From Harriotta raleighana (lineage: Eukaryota), in NCBI GenBank assembly GCA_050575255.1, contig JBNZDD010013718.1, forward strand, positions 3,030,113 through 3,094,112: a stretch of 64,000 nucleotides of DNA, in the 5' to 3' direction. Both the position numbers and the translations under genes were made by a program. Position 1 is the stretch's first letter. The number at the start of each line of letters is the position of its first letter. Positions 38,399 through 52,245 of the stretch are shown here, piece by piece. Under the pieces are notes generated by a model. It searched no databases. It had not been told where the DNA came from and worked only from the letters and a program-made list of their open reading frames with translations.

Positions 38399-41344
38399 TG
38401 TTGAAACAGAAATGCTGGGAGGATGGAGGATTTTTGGACAGTGCTGGGAGGGATGGAGGCGGGCTCCTGTGTACATAATAATTGGAAGGTGGGAAATAGG
38501 TGAGATTTATTAGTTAATTAAAAATATTTCAATTGAAAACTTGAATTTTCAGATGAATCATCACCCACTTCCCATGACACAGAGGTTACCGTTACATTTC
38601 TTCCAGCTCGACATTGCATGTTATGTGTCATTGTGATTCTTATAAATAGGAATGTCTGCAAGGCAGATATAATGAAGGCGACAAACCCACGTGAGGGCAG
38701 CAATGCTAATGGTTACTTTTCATGGCTTAAATAGCAGTAAATCATTTGTGTGGTTATATATATTCATGCAGTTTTACTTTAAACAAGGCCAGTGCAAAGC
38801 TTGCAATCAGGGCTATTCTGCCTCTGAGCTCTGTCTTGCTAATAGTCAGATTTAGCCACCTCTGCTCTTTTACTCCAGAGTAAAAAGCGATGTAAATGTG
38901 ATGGGAGATATTCCAATTCAATCTGAAGTTAATCTGCGCTCAGCTGTGTATAAATGCAGATCCAGAATTATTCAGGGCCACTCGCTCCTTTGACACTGAC
39001 TGTAATACCTGCAGTAATTTCTACAGAGAAATCCAACTGATAACCGTTGGACTGACAAAGCATGTGCCTGATTAACTCTCACCACACTTTTTAAAGTCCC
39101 TTTATCCAAATCCATGCTGAACCTTTGCTTTAATGGTGTCACTTAGTCCATTTGTGGCCAGGGAGTATGGTCAAAGCACTGCAATAGTATCTAAATTAAT
39201 GAATGGCCAGCGACTATTACACTTAGAATAGATTTACTTTTATTGAGGCCTCTATTAAGGAAAATCATTTAGATTATTCTGTGTGACTGGAGACCCGGTT
39301 CCTGGGAAGAATATAAGGTTCAATAATTTGTTTTGCAGCAAGTATAGTTCTGTCATGGATGTAAGATGTGTTTCCTCAGCTGTCAAATGCAGAAACTCCT
39401 GAAAGTTTGACGTACCTCTGGTCAGATCGTGTGGGGTATGCAAGTTCTCCCATGTTTTCATTCTAGGGTGTCAGCTCTCAATCTCAGTGGGTGGACAATA
39501 TTCCTCGGATAGAGATGACTCATCCTCCTACTCCTCCATGAGAGTAAGCATCTAGCCTGTACTATTCTGTACTGATGATGATTCATCTTACAAGCCAAAA
39601 GGAAGAGACTGTACAAGCTGTCAGCAACGTGTTACGTTCTGTAGAACAGAAGTTAGCCAGTTGCAGATTCTATTGTAAGACACAGACTTAAAAAAATGCT
39701 TCCTCTTTGGGATGAAAAAGTATTGTGGTAACATGTCCACTGACATCCAGAGTATAGTTCACATTTCTAATGGAATATTGTTTATTTATTTTACCATTGA
39801 AAATATTGTAATGTAGTGAGTTCTACCAAATCTCCAGCCCCCTCTTTCTCTATCTTAAAATTACTGTAATATATCAATGTCTACCACTTATGTACCGCAT
39901 CATAAAATTAGTGCATTGTGGAAGATGTGAAGTGAGATGAGGGTCAGGTGAAAACAAAGAGCTCCATCAGTTTATTAAACAGTGACATTTCTTTATATTG
40001 CATCAATGCAGCATTGAGCTGAGAAAAAAATATTTCCAGGGCTTCCTGAGAGCCATTGCCTTGGTGTACACAAAAGTCGCTTAAGAAATTGGATTGTTGT
40101 AAAATTGTACATGCACTGCCGAGTGTATTAGAGAATACTAGAATGGAATACAAGGACTAACGCCAGCGATGATCCTGTGATACACTTTGCATGGAAGGCA
40201 TGCCTCTCTGCAGGCTCACTACTGACTTGCTTGACTTGACTTTGCACTCTATTATCCACACCTTGTCAATAGCAAGGTTCCAATTCCCAGTGGCAGCCTG
40301 TCTTACCATTGCTAGGAACTTGTTTCACCTTGGGATGTGGAGGGAAGGGTGTGTCTACTTGTTAATCTCTTGACAAACAGGCCTGAGCCTGAGCCCCTGA
40401 GCATAAAGACTTAGAGCAACTGTGGTGCATTTAATTCCTTTGACCTATTCTCCAATCTGAAGCACCACACAATATACTGAAACAGAGTAAAGTTTACTAC
40501 AGTATACGCCAAAGGAAAAAAAACCTGAATGTATTCTCAATATCTGCCTTCATACAGTAAGAAATCTCTATTGCAAACAAACAGATGGTGACATGTTTTC
40601 TTTTATGCAGGCAATTTGAACTAGAAACTACTGTTCTGTTAGAGCTGCAGCGAACTTTACATGCCTGTTGTCATTAATTAATGAGTTCATTCTCCCAACA
40701 TTCTGCTCATGGAATCAGTCTGTTACATTATCTGTGGAAGAGCAATATTGTCAACCATTCTCCAAATGCAACAAGCCCAGCATGTTGAAATGTGTTGCCT
40801 TTTATTCAGTTCTACAAGGTAGAATTAAAGCTGTAAACCAAATTTATGGGAGAGGGAGCAGTATATAAATACCATCATGTATATGACTTCCATTGCAGTC
40901 TTTTACCCTGAGCTACACACTCTTTACAAGTTGCTGTAATGCTAATTGCAATAATTCTTTGCTCTCGTCGTAAGCCTTTTCTCACTCATAAACCATAGTA
41001 TTAATTTCAACGCAACCCTCTTCTGGCAAGGATAAAGTCTTAAAACAATGCTCCTTACCCTCTTTTGACACTTTGGAAACTCATAACATGCTTAACCAAA
41101 CCAAACTAAGATTGATAAAATGTGGAAACTTCTAAAAAAAACTGTGATAATGGAAAATCACTGATAAACCAGTTGAAGTCTCCTCACCATTCCAAGGGTT
41201 TAAATCTAGTTTAACAAGGGAGCAGCAGAGACTAAATGCGATGTGCCATATTTTTGCTGAATTATAATGAATGTTTGTTATTTCTGTGAAAACTGGTACA
41301 ATATATTGGTAACATCAATTAATATTTGAATGGATCACTTCTGG

Positions 41345-41500
41345 TAATAATAATCATAATCCTTTAATTTGATATAGAGCCTTATCATATCGTTGAGATG
41401 TTTCAAAGCGCTTCACAGAATATGCCATCAAGTGAATTGACTGTATCTTTTGTGGCCGAAATGTGACAGCCAATTGCTCTCGTCAGTGTCCCACCAACAT
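41345..41500 (-). mobile_element. Short SINE 3' fragment
   Basis: tttgatatagagcc...tcaaagcgcttcacagaatatg...gtgaattgactgtat...tgtggccgaaatgtgacagccaattg. Confidence 0.75.
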
Positions 41501-41984
41501 TGATGTGATCCACACAACGGACAGGATGGCACATTGCAATCTTTCGAGGACCACATTCTGCGGGATGCTGTTATTTTCCACATTGATCATCTGAAAGAGA
41601 GAGGCATTTTTTCTCCCCCAGATTCATCGGAATGATTCTTGTAGTTAAGTAATTTCAAACCTGATAATTGTTTTTTTCTCAGTTTGCTTCGCTCCTGTTG
41701 ATTTGAAAATAGAACCTGGGTAGATCTCGGGAATTTAATCTGCTGTTTAAAATTCGGAGGTGTATTACCTGTGTTTTTTTTTAAATGCATGATTGTGTGT
41801 CCATATGGTCAGTTTATGTGCACCAATAATTGCCATGGACTCTGGGATACATCACCTGAACCAGCAGATGGTGCTGCAGCAAAACAGAGAGGAGAAAAGT
41901 TATGGAGGAAAAAAAGTTCTATAAGATAAACTTTTAAGATAAATTCTCCAGTAGATCTCCAGGAAAGTATGAATTCATTGACAA

Positions 41985-42180
41985 GTGAGGAGGAGTTTCT
42001 CCCTGTGTCGTGGCCAACAATCTTAACCCCCTTGACAAAATGGTTCATTTCAAATTCCTCTGCACAAATTAGCTGCACCTAAAATCTAGTTAGACAGTTT
42101 ACTGTATGGTAAATCCTGTAAAGTGCTTTGATGTGTCCCCCATGGTGAATTGCATTATTTTAAATGCAAGTATTACTATA
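41985..42180 (+). mobile_element. DeuSINE-like 3' half
   Basis: gagtttctccctgtgtcgtggccaacaat...gcacaaattagctgc...gtaaagtgctttga...aaatgcaagtatt. Confidence 0.6.
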
Positions 42181-43285
42181 TTTTACTGTAATATACAGCC
42201 CAATAATATTATATGTTGCCTCTGAAACGTAAATAACAACTATATGCTCCAGTTATGCCTCAAAATTTTAAAGGAGCTCACAGATTTTTTTTAGTACTTT
42301 TCAATTTTGCAACAACAACTTGTATTTAAATAGAGCCCTTCACAATGAGTCATAACAACTTGGAGCACTTTAAAATGTTGGGGTTCGATGCCAAGTAAGC
42401 CAGGAAGGTGGTAGGGAGGGGTGTTTATAGTTGAAGGAGGTTTTTAAACATATTTATATGTTCTTTGGATGAGCTGAGGTGTCCCTCTCTTTCATAGTCA
42501 GGTCATTAGTGAGTTGGTATTATCAAATAAAATGTACTGAATGAAATAACTAAAATGGTTTGAAATTTGGCCATGGAATGTTGACGTTCCTCTTTGACCT
42601 TGCTTATGGGTGGCTGGAACATATTTTGTTCATCTGTGGGATCTAATCTTGAATCCAATAAGGCAGATGACATGAAAGTTTCCTCTTTCTTCTGATTGTA
42701 AAGAGGGCTCAGAAGGTTTGGGTGACTAGCAGACTTCAGTCAGTAAACATGGCTTCTCAGGTCGGCTTACTGGCACAGGTTTGAGTCTCACGAAACAGTT
42801 TTAAGTGGACAAAAATGTTAATGAATTAGTTGTGCAGCTGAACTGCATATTACTCTCCGTAATCAGCAAAGTAGACTAAACCTCAGCCTGTTTGCAGTTA
42901 AAGCAATTTTTTTTAGGACTATTGACGTCAGCAGGAAACAATCAACAAAAAATACACCCAAAAAATAACTCCGATGAAATGAGTTCATTATCAAAAGACG
43001 ATCCATTTGGAAACTATTGCAACTAATATTCCAGTAATTATGGTTACAATTTAAGCAGGAACATTTGTCTTTTTTTTGGAGGGAATGGGACTCATAACAA
43101 TATGTAATATTTTGGTGAACATTAATGTGATTATTTTTGGGCTGTTGCTTTATTAGATATGGGTGAGTCCTCACACTGATGTCCCAATGTGCTTTTTCAG
43201 CAAGCATCCCACATATAGGATGTGTGGCCAAAGGTTTCTCCCCCGTGCCTCCCAACACTCCAAGTTTCAGGACCTCAGGTCAAGA

Positions 43286-43485
43286 AGCATTTTATATAGC
43301 TAAGTGGGGGTTTGAGCTGGACTGAGGAAGCTGAAGAGGGTGTAGGGGTGGCAAGGTGACCAAAAGCGTGGTTGAAGGATAGGTCTTACGGTAGGGAGAT
43401 AGGTGGAGGAATGGTGTTCCAGAGAGTGGGGGCAGATTGGCTGAATGCTCACCATCTTGTGTTGACCAACAGCAAGCTGGGGATG
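43286..43485 (-). mobile_element. L2 3' fragment, decayed
   Basis: ggttgaaggataggtctt...ggaatggtgttccagagagtgggggcagattggctgaatgctcaccat parallels the reverse complement of 15530-15660. Confidence 0.6.
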
Positions 43486-45739
43486 TGAAGCAGATCGGGG
43501 TAGGCTGATTGGAGAGTGTGGCTCCTGAAGTTGTGGTGCAATTGGTACAGACCTGGTGTTGCACCTCGGCCCTTCTGGGCACACTTACATCAACAGGAAA
43601 TGAATCCACGGAATCACTGGGAAGCTTTGTTCCATTTATTTGTACATTTGTGCGCGAGGATTCTCTGTCTCAGAAGGAAAAGCATCTTCCGTAATGCTCT
43701 GCCAATATGGCATTTGATTGTTCTGCTGGAATGCACTGGGAAGGGATGGTATTGGGAAGCTTTGGTGGAAAGGCAATATGCTGTCTCTGATTTATTTGGA
43801 CTAACACTTACAAGGATCTGCTATTTGTTTAATTTACTCAGAAATAGAATTAAAGTTGTGCTTCATATCTAATAGTTGTTATCCATCGAACTGGAGAGCT
43901 GAACTATGGAGCAAACCACATTAATCACTGTCTTACATAGGTTATGCAACCATATCGCATGATTTGTAACATCTCGCTAAATGTCTCCTTTACACCGGAG
44001 CTGTTGCTGAATCACCTTTATATTGTGTGGCATTTTAATGCAATTGGGTATAATTTACAGTGCAAATGTGTAGACGGCGTATAAGGGTTTGCTCAATGGA
44101 AAGAGGATGACGGAGTACTGATCATACTTCATTACAGACCTAAGAATATATTTCATTCACGATTCTATCGTCACTGCTCATAAATCAGCACGCTGGCGGA
44201 TCCCAGGTTTTCACATTGGAGAATTATTGGATAACTTGGGGGGTGGGGGTGTAGAATGTGACATGCTAAGTATCTTACTGATTATTGTCATGTCACACGT
44301 TTCATTTTCCGAACCCCTATTAACACAGGCATTTGTCCATGTAGGCGTTTGCCTACAAAAAATGTGCAATTATTACACTTGATAGTAAATTCTGTGAAAT
44401 GCTGTTCATTCCCTTCCTCTCCTATCCCTCTGCAACTGCAGAATAATGGATGTGATCCACGTTAGCACATCTAAAATGTAAATGGTTAGAAATATATCCC
44501 ACGACCTGTCCACCCAGGACCAAGTTTTCTATTAAGAGGTTTGGCTTGTTGGGTTTAACAGGAACCAAGTGGGAAGAAAATGTATTTGAAACTAGCCACT
44601 TCACCATTACAAAAAAGACATCAGAAAGGGAATAGAGAAATGTAAGAACTGTGGTTGCTTGTGCTGGTTGTGGGGAAACAATACAGGATATAAACTGGAG
44701 AGCACATTCTCTGACAGCTGAACGTTGCTCTAACAATAATAGATCATGCGTGCTCCATATGTCTATCTTTGTTTACATAATTTAGTCAGCTGCTATGAAA
44801 AGTTACTTCCGAGAAAACACGCCTCAGAGCGGAACATCTTTCACAGCACCAGCAAATGCTCCAAAAAAATCAACGTTGACCTCCAACCTTATGACCCACA
44901 AATCAAATCAGTAATTTACTCTTGTTCATATCCTTTTCCTGTGTGCAAGGGTAGGGGAAACACAGATAGCCCTTTACAGATAATTCAACGCACAGGCACA
45001 CGTGGAAGCAAGGAATCGTTTAAACAAAGGCTGCAGTTTGAGTTCGTTAAATTCAGCCGGTGGGGGGAGTGGCAGTGGATGGAGGAGGGAAAAAAGAGTT
45101 CCTCACAGGAAGTGGCAAAGTTGCTGAAGACTGAAATATTGGGTTTATCATTGGAATCCGAGAACCAGCTGCTCATGTTGTGAGCTCAGGGACTTAATCC
45201 CAGGTCATATATATAGATCAGTCCGAGCCAAGTGCTGATGTCAATAATCTGCTACAAATCTGTTTTATTGTCTGTATAAAGGGCCGTACCCTGATCTCCA
45301 ACATTCCCTGCAGGAAGGATAGGACATTTTCAGGATGAACCGCCTAACTGGAACATCAGAGACTGAGCTAGAATAATACTCCGACAATGTACCCAAAATG
45401 TTTAGTAAAGCAAAGGAAAGAGGAATGGTTAATCAGAATGTCAGCGTGCTCCATTTAGATACCTGTGTCTTTGTCGGGATCCAACATGAATCTTCAATAA
45501 AGGACATGAGTATTTAGGAAGAGTGGTTATGACTTGCTTAAATATGCGTACAATGTGTGAAAACACCATGGGAAAATATGGGTAAAATTTTACAGGGGAT
45601 GTTTGCCTTGTTGACATGGATTAGCTGTACAGCATAATGATAACCGGATTCAATTTCTTAATTCAGGCACCAAATGATGTAAAGTAAAAGATGCTGGGGG
45701 TCAGTGGAAGAAAAGATGATCTTTCAATCTTTTAAGTAG

Positions 45740-46130
45740 GGGTGACAGCCTGGTTCAGTTGGTAGCCAACTAAGTTGGATGGTTGTGGGTTCACATGTAA
45801 GGAAATTAATTCCCAGACCATTGTTGGGGATGTGCTACATTGTCAGAGATGCAGTCCTTCAGATGAGACATGAAACCAGGTCCTTTCTGCTTATTAATGT
45901 AGACTTTAAAGATCCTTTAGCATTTTTTCTCCCGGTGTCCTGGCGATCAATTCCCCTGAGTAAATTGCTCATTCAAATAATGACTCGTTGTGGGTCGACT
46001 CTGTGTGCAAATTAGCACTGATTTTCACCAACAAAATACAGTCACTTTACAACGTATCCTTTGAGGCATTTTGCACCCTCCCCCCACCCCGACGTGAAAG
46101 GATGTATATCACATGTATGGATTATTATTA
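45740..46130 (+). mobile_element. DeuSINE/SacSINE1-like SINE, near full length
   Basis: Head ggttcagttggtagc...ggttgtgggttca, Deu core ttgtcagagatgcagtccttcagatgagac...aaagatcc, and tail gacgtgaaagg...ggattattatta. Confidence 0.75.
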
Positions 46131-46217
46131 AAGTTCAATGCATGTCCAGAAACAATTAGCAAGGCCTTTTGTAATAAGATGTTGATTTCAGTTGAGTCTG
46201 GTGAGCGGGAAAAAGCA

Positions 46218-46360
46218 ATAATAATAATTAATAATAATAATATAACAATCCTTGCATTTGACACAGCACTTTTCACATTTTCTAGACGTCTCAATGCGCT
46301 TCACAGAATATACTGTAAAGTGAATCGACTGTATATTTGTGGGCAGGACATTGACAACCA
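46218..46360 (-). mobile_element. Short SINE 3' fragment with (ATT)n tail
   Basis: An (aat)n run, then atccttgcatttga...gcgcttcacagaatatactgtaaagtgaatcgactgtatatttgtgggc. Confidence 0.85.
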
Positions 46361-48775
46361 TGCCAAGCTTGGATTTTAAATGCTTGTTACAAAGAGTTTG
46401 AACTTCCATTGTATAGTTATCTTATCAAATCAAAACTTATAGGGAAGAAAGAAAGAATGAAAGACTGAGGGAAATATAAAAAATATGTATTTTAATTGAC
46501 TGCTGCAAACTGCTTTCTTTCACAAGCCTTTTTTTTGATCTGAGGGAGAAAAAAGACTAAAGTGTGGAAGATTGACAGGGTCGCCTCACAGCTGTGAGCA
46601 GGTCAAATCCCCGAAACAAGTTTCACGTTTAAACCAGGAAATGGGAGCCGCAAATGAGTAACCTTGACAATCGTATATAACACTTCATAACTGAGCAACT
46701 CCAACATTTCTACACCGTGACTGACTGACTGGCGTTCCAAATATTCGCCAAATCCAATGGGTCACCAGCGCGAACCATCAGTGACACAGGCTTTAAAACC
46801 CCCCCAATTCCAATAGTTCACAGACCTTCCTGTGTGAGACCAGTTTCCTTTTCACCATTTTTTCTTTCCCCTTTTACTTCTATTCCGAAACACGTTTGAA
46901 GTTTTAACAACTGAAATCTCTTGGGTTGGTCATTTTGTGAGGAGAACGTAGTGGGTTCTGGAATGACAAAATCTTTTAAACCACTTGTGGAGCCAAGTTG
47001 AATGAGGCACATGTACATGTTATAGGGTTTTACCCATTTTATCTGTTTGGTCAATAAAGAATCAGAATAGACTTCATGTGATCCACTCACAATATATGCT
47101 GGTAGCAAGAATGAAGGGTACTTGAAGATAGAAGATAGAGGAATTTTGACAGCTCTTTTTGACTAAGAACTACTGTATCTAACAATTCAATACAGGAATG
47201 GAAGAACAAATTACAAAATGATAACAAGTGACAACGAGATATCTTGTTTATTCTTTGACAGTGACTTTCAGTACAATGCAGCATCTTTAAATCAATTATT
47301 GATCATCAAACACTGCTACTAATTCCACGGTATTAGTTCACATGTGGGAATTGTTATTTTCAGGTGACACATGATAAAGTAACAATCTTTGTGTCAAGAT
47401 CTTTGCATATTTTTGCAATATTTACATTGACTTTATTGGGGTTCATGTTGTCATACAGTTCTAGTGAAGTACAATAGTTTGATGGGAGCATGAGGGGTGG
47501 TCTCATTGGAATTTAAAATGCAACATTTCTTATAAAGTAATCCTTTGGTTTCATTTGCAATATTTCTGACAGGAAGGATAAAATTCTAACTAGTCTTAGC
47601 CTAAAAGGCCATTTTGAATACCGTGTAATTTCACATAATCTTAAATTCTCTTTTGAAGGTAAAATGATGCTAGGTGGAATTTTCAGGCCACCTGTCAGAA
47701 ATGCCACATTTTGCACAAGTCAAATCTAGTCTGTAAAGCCTAACAACAAGTTTTTAATAAAAATGTCAGAGACCAAATAACCATCGCTGAGAAAATGTAT
47801 TCCAATGTAATGGGCCACTATTAACATTATAGAAAATCAGCCTTGATATTACGTCCTAATCTTTCCTCCTAATGCAGCAAGTCAGAAAAAAGACATGAAA
47901 AAGGAATGATGGGGTTTGATATGTGAATGTAAATGACAGGGCCAACTGCATGCAGGTCAAGTAGCTTTTTCTTAGTCACCAGCGTTTTTTTTGTTCTGTG
48001 AATTATGAACAAAATAACAGCTCTTAATAAAAAAAAATGAGTCGCTGAGGAACACTGTTGAGTCCATTCTCATTCAGCCCATTCAGGGTTAAGAAGTTCA
48101 TTCGTTTGGGTTTTTTATGTTTCACTACATAAACCGATGAGCGCTGGATAGAAACTCTGAGGTTAAAAAGTCCAGATGGTATTTAAAATGTATTCTCACT
48201 CTAAACATGCCTGATTTATGTGAAGCACTAATGGTATCTCTGTTAAAATCTGGCCAGCGCTAGTCTTTCTGATCTCCAGCACTGGATTCATTGGATTCTT
48301 TTGTTGCAGTCATTAATCTGTCACAACAAAGACTTGCTTCAATCAGGAATTCGTGAGGTTTTAAAAAAAGAAGCTTTTGATAAATGGTAACTAGTATAAT
48401 CTGCCTGAATTACCATCCAGTTCTCTATTTATATTACTTAACAGTTGCTCTTATTGAAGAGCATTTGATAATAATTCGAAAAGACGTTTTGTGCATTAAT
48501 CTTCGGTATACATTCTGAATATTTGCTTGCATAGTACAGCGCCATTTATCACCAATGGTCAGAGCTCTCTCTTTGTGGGGATAGTGAAAGGCTTAGCCTT
48601 TGGGATAAAAGCTCCAGCGTTTGACAGTTTTGAAACCAAATATCTGTCGAGGATTTCTGCCAGCATTGTGTTTATGACGTTGACTGTGTTTGTGCACGTG
48701 ACGCCCACTAATGGCATTTTGATGAGAGAATTATGAGCATATTGTTCCAAAGAAAAATACAATACACTTTACATT

Positions 48776-49150
48776 TATTTAGTGCCTTTCATTTCGGAAG
48801 CATGTCTGTAAGAGTTTCACACTGCTGGCTGGGCACTCCAGTTGGAGGGGGCTGAAGAGTGTGGCGAGGGAAATGATGTCCGAAAATGCAGTGGGAAAGG
48901 TAAGTCTTGAGTCAAGGTTTGAATCAAGGGAGGGAGAGAGATTCTGGGATGGAGTTCCAGAGATTAAGGGCAGAAAGACCAAAAGGCCACATGATAATGT
49001 TGGGGCGGATGGGCAGGGGATACGAAGCAGGCCAATATTCGTTGAATGTAGGAAACAGCCACTTTGGGAGGAATGTAGGAGGTCACAGAGATAGGGTGGG
49101 ACGAGGCCGTAGAGGGATTTACAACAGAATGTAATAGCATTAAAAATTGT
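48776..49150 (-). mobile_element. L2 LINE 3' fragment
   Basis: The ORF 48779-49228(-) contains KSLYGLVPPYLCDLL, the L2 K.L.GLAP.YL.DLL motif. The tail has gaaatgaaaggcact. Confidence 0.8.
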
Positions 49151-49644
49151 CCATTGTATATTTTCTATTGAAGTTGAAAAAAATCCTAGGTGTTTTTTTT
49201 TGGTATTCCTCTCAAACCCAGCTGACATTCACTAATAGGGGCAAAATGTCACTGTACTTAAAGGCTTGAGGGATCTCATGCCCTAGATTTCTCTCCTGTT
49301 TGTAAGAACACAAACTATTTATTATATCTATGTCAACATTGTCCCGAAATGATTAATCACTTTTAATTTTTATAACTTGACTACATTACATCGGAAAAGA
49401 AACAAGGTTCATTTGGAGATTATTTCATAGGTGCTTTTGGACGTATAGACAACAAAGTAACACACCACAAAGATAATAAATAAAGAATGAATCAGAACAA
49501 ACTGTTTGAGGAAACAAGTGGTCTTAAATAGGAACAATATGCTGTGTAACAGAAGAAATAAGACAATTTGTGTTTTTAGTTGTTCTGTAATCTTGGATTA
49601 ACCCATCCCTCGATTTGAATTCTGATATATCTGAAAGAAAGTCT

Positions 49645-49900
49645 AGCTCAGGGAGTAAACATCACCGACCTATGGTTTATGATGCATAAAGCCACCAGAA
49701 TGCTATGTAAAATGGATGTCAGATAAGGTGCAGAGGCGTTGAGGGAAACAGACACCTACTTCAGACAGACCAGCAGAGCAACTGGACATCAGAAATTTTA
49801 ATGTCACAAATGCATTGGCCAGGAAATTGACCAAAATGATGTTAAAAAAACAAACTAGATGATCAGAAAATTGTCTAGCACAAATGGCTGACAGCTAGAG
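49645..49900 (+). mobile_element. Possible very decayed RTE-type non-LTR remnant
   Basis: ggagtaaacatcaccgacctatggtttatgatg resembles the G.NI..LRFADD motif with a small deletion. No further support seen. Confidence 0.25.
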
Positions 49901-50227
49901 GAAAGTGAAAGAGCACAAAATCTCAGTTTTAGCCTTTGGTCTTCAAATTGTGGAAATGTTTTAAATTCAGTCTCAATTTGAAAGGTGGATTATCTACAAT
50001 TCTGGATGTTACATTTGAAGACAAAATGCTTTTAAAGTTTCACCCAGTGAAAATTTACTCGGGCCTTGGCTTTATAAATCAATTGGACATAAATACAGTT
50101 TAACTTTTCCATTGTATTCTTGCAGAAAGTAAAACTAACATGTTTGATTGGTCGCTAAAATGAAGGAAATCTCTGGTATGTGAATATAAACCACACTGAT
50201 CTCTGCAGCAACCTCCAAGATCAAATT

Positions 50228-50440
50228 CAATAATGAAAATAATCCTTGCATTTGAATACAGTGTATTTCACACCATGAGGTTGTCTCAAAGCACTTCACA
50301 GGCAATACCGTATGGTGTAGTGATAGAGTATTTTCTTGGCGAATGCGGCTGCCCTACAACGGGTCCGCAAACAGGCATGAAAGACAAAGACCAATTTAAT
50401 CTGGGGAATTATTGGCCTGGACACTGGCAGAGATATTTAT
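50228..50440 (-). mobile_element. SINE 3' half
   Basis: aataatccttgcatttga...tctcaaagcacttcacagg...gcggctgcc...ttggcctggacactgg. Confidence 0.65.
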
Positions 50441-52134
50441 CCTCATTACAATCATTTCTGGCTGCCCCATGTTACAGCAGCAGCACTTGATACACAAAGT
50501 GAAAACTGCTAAACTCACACATATTAGTGGTTGCACAATGTTTAAGTTCATAAACTTCTTGCCCTGCTTGATTCAGAAAAGCATTTTGTACCTATTTGTA
50601 TCCCTTATGCCCAATCAATTTCACTGCAGCTTTATATGCCACACACTGAAATATGTCAGGAACTGACTTACTGACAAGTGGATATTCTATATGTAGTACT
50701 GAAATTAATGAGATTCAGCACTTATGTCCTGTATTGAATTGGTCTCTGGAGTAATATCACAGACAATCAAGAGACAGAGAATTAGCTTGGTGTCCAAATG
50801 AAGGAAAATCTATCTTATCGACTCTGAAATGTACCATTCATACTTATGGCAGGAAACAATTACTAAGAATGTAAAGCTGAATGTTGCAGTAATTTTTAAA
50901 TCACAACCATAATTGAATTGTGAGAAGCATCTTAATATCAGTGGGAAGCCTTGATTAAGCATGAGCATTTGAATACATTTTAAATTTGGAGTAGTGTTGG
51001 GCATAATTCCTCTGAAGATGAATTTGATGCTGAAATCTGCGTTGTAGAGCTGTTGTACTGCCAGGAAATCTTTTCTTCTGGAACCAGGGGATTCAGCTAC
51101 ATATTAGACCACCAGAGAATCAAAACGTCTATCCACATTTATACTTGCAATAACTTATGTTTACATAACACCCTCATGTAGGATTACAATTTAGAGAGCT
51201 TTAGAGAGGCTGAATTTGGTTAAAAAGTTTGATCGTAATTAATCTACATTAGGGTCCCTCTGGGACTGGGCACTCAACACCGTGATAGTGCACCCAATCT
51301 AGGTAAGCATATCTCCCCTGCCGCTGGGAAACACTGATTCAGTAATGCACCCAGTAATCAGCCATTGGATCAGTTTGCATCTAGAATGGAACAGTTGTAG
51401 TCTACTCCAAGTCCTGAGATAGATATCATCTCTGGGCAGGTCAGTAGCTCAAGCAGGTGTGCAATAAACCTGCAGCCTTCTGTCTGGGAGTTGGGACGAG
51501 GTCACCTGCTATGCAGCCTTACTTGACTTTGTTGGCTGGGTGTTATTGGTTCTCACTGGCGTTCCACACGGATGTGAGTTGTTTTCCTTCTGGGAGCGAA
51601 GGAGAAATCTGTTATTGTCAGATCCATCAGATGAACCCGATGTCTCGGGTTGCTTCTGGCTTGAGAAATCGCACCATTTATGCCAGGGAAGTTTTCCCAG
51701 TCGGCAGGTGTGGAACAATGGGCTCTATTAATCTTGACCATCAATAGCCGTTTTCCCCCTATCTGCCTTGGATACTTTGTTGAAACAAGCAGGCTGTAAA
51801 AAAAAACTGGAATAGAAAGAAAAGGCGAAAGGTACTGCACAGTCAAGTGTGTATATGTGTGTGTGAGTAATAACAATCCTTGCATTTGACTTAGAACTTT
51901 TCACTTCAAGAAGATGTCTCAAAGTGAATCAGCATGGCTTGTCAGTGGGGGTTGGCACATTTACTGTACTGATGTTCGGTGAACTATCACCAGTCAACCA
52001 AAATTCAGAGACTAAGCATTCCAGATATTTTATATAGTTAGAACAGTCTTAAATATATATGTATAGCTACGCTCATGGAATGCAGATGTGTGGGGGGGGC
52101 GGGGGAAATAATGTTTAAAAACTTTATATAATAT

Positions 52135-52245
52135 TGATAATCCTTGCATTTGATGTAGCGCCTTATCACGTAATTGAGATGTCTTAAAGTGCTTCACAGG
52201 ATATACTGTAAATTGGATTGACTGCGGATTTTGTGGGCAAAATGA
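52135..52245 (-). mobile_element. Short SINE 3' tail fragment
   Basis: atccttgcatttgatgtagcgccttatcacgt...gcttcacaggatatactgtaaa. Similar tail-only pieces occur at about 22495, 24170, 29675, 51868, 58328 and 63190 (-) and 31510 and 32960 (+). Confidence 0.75.
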
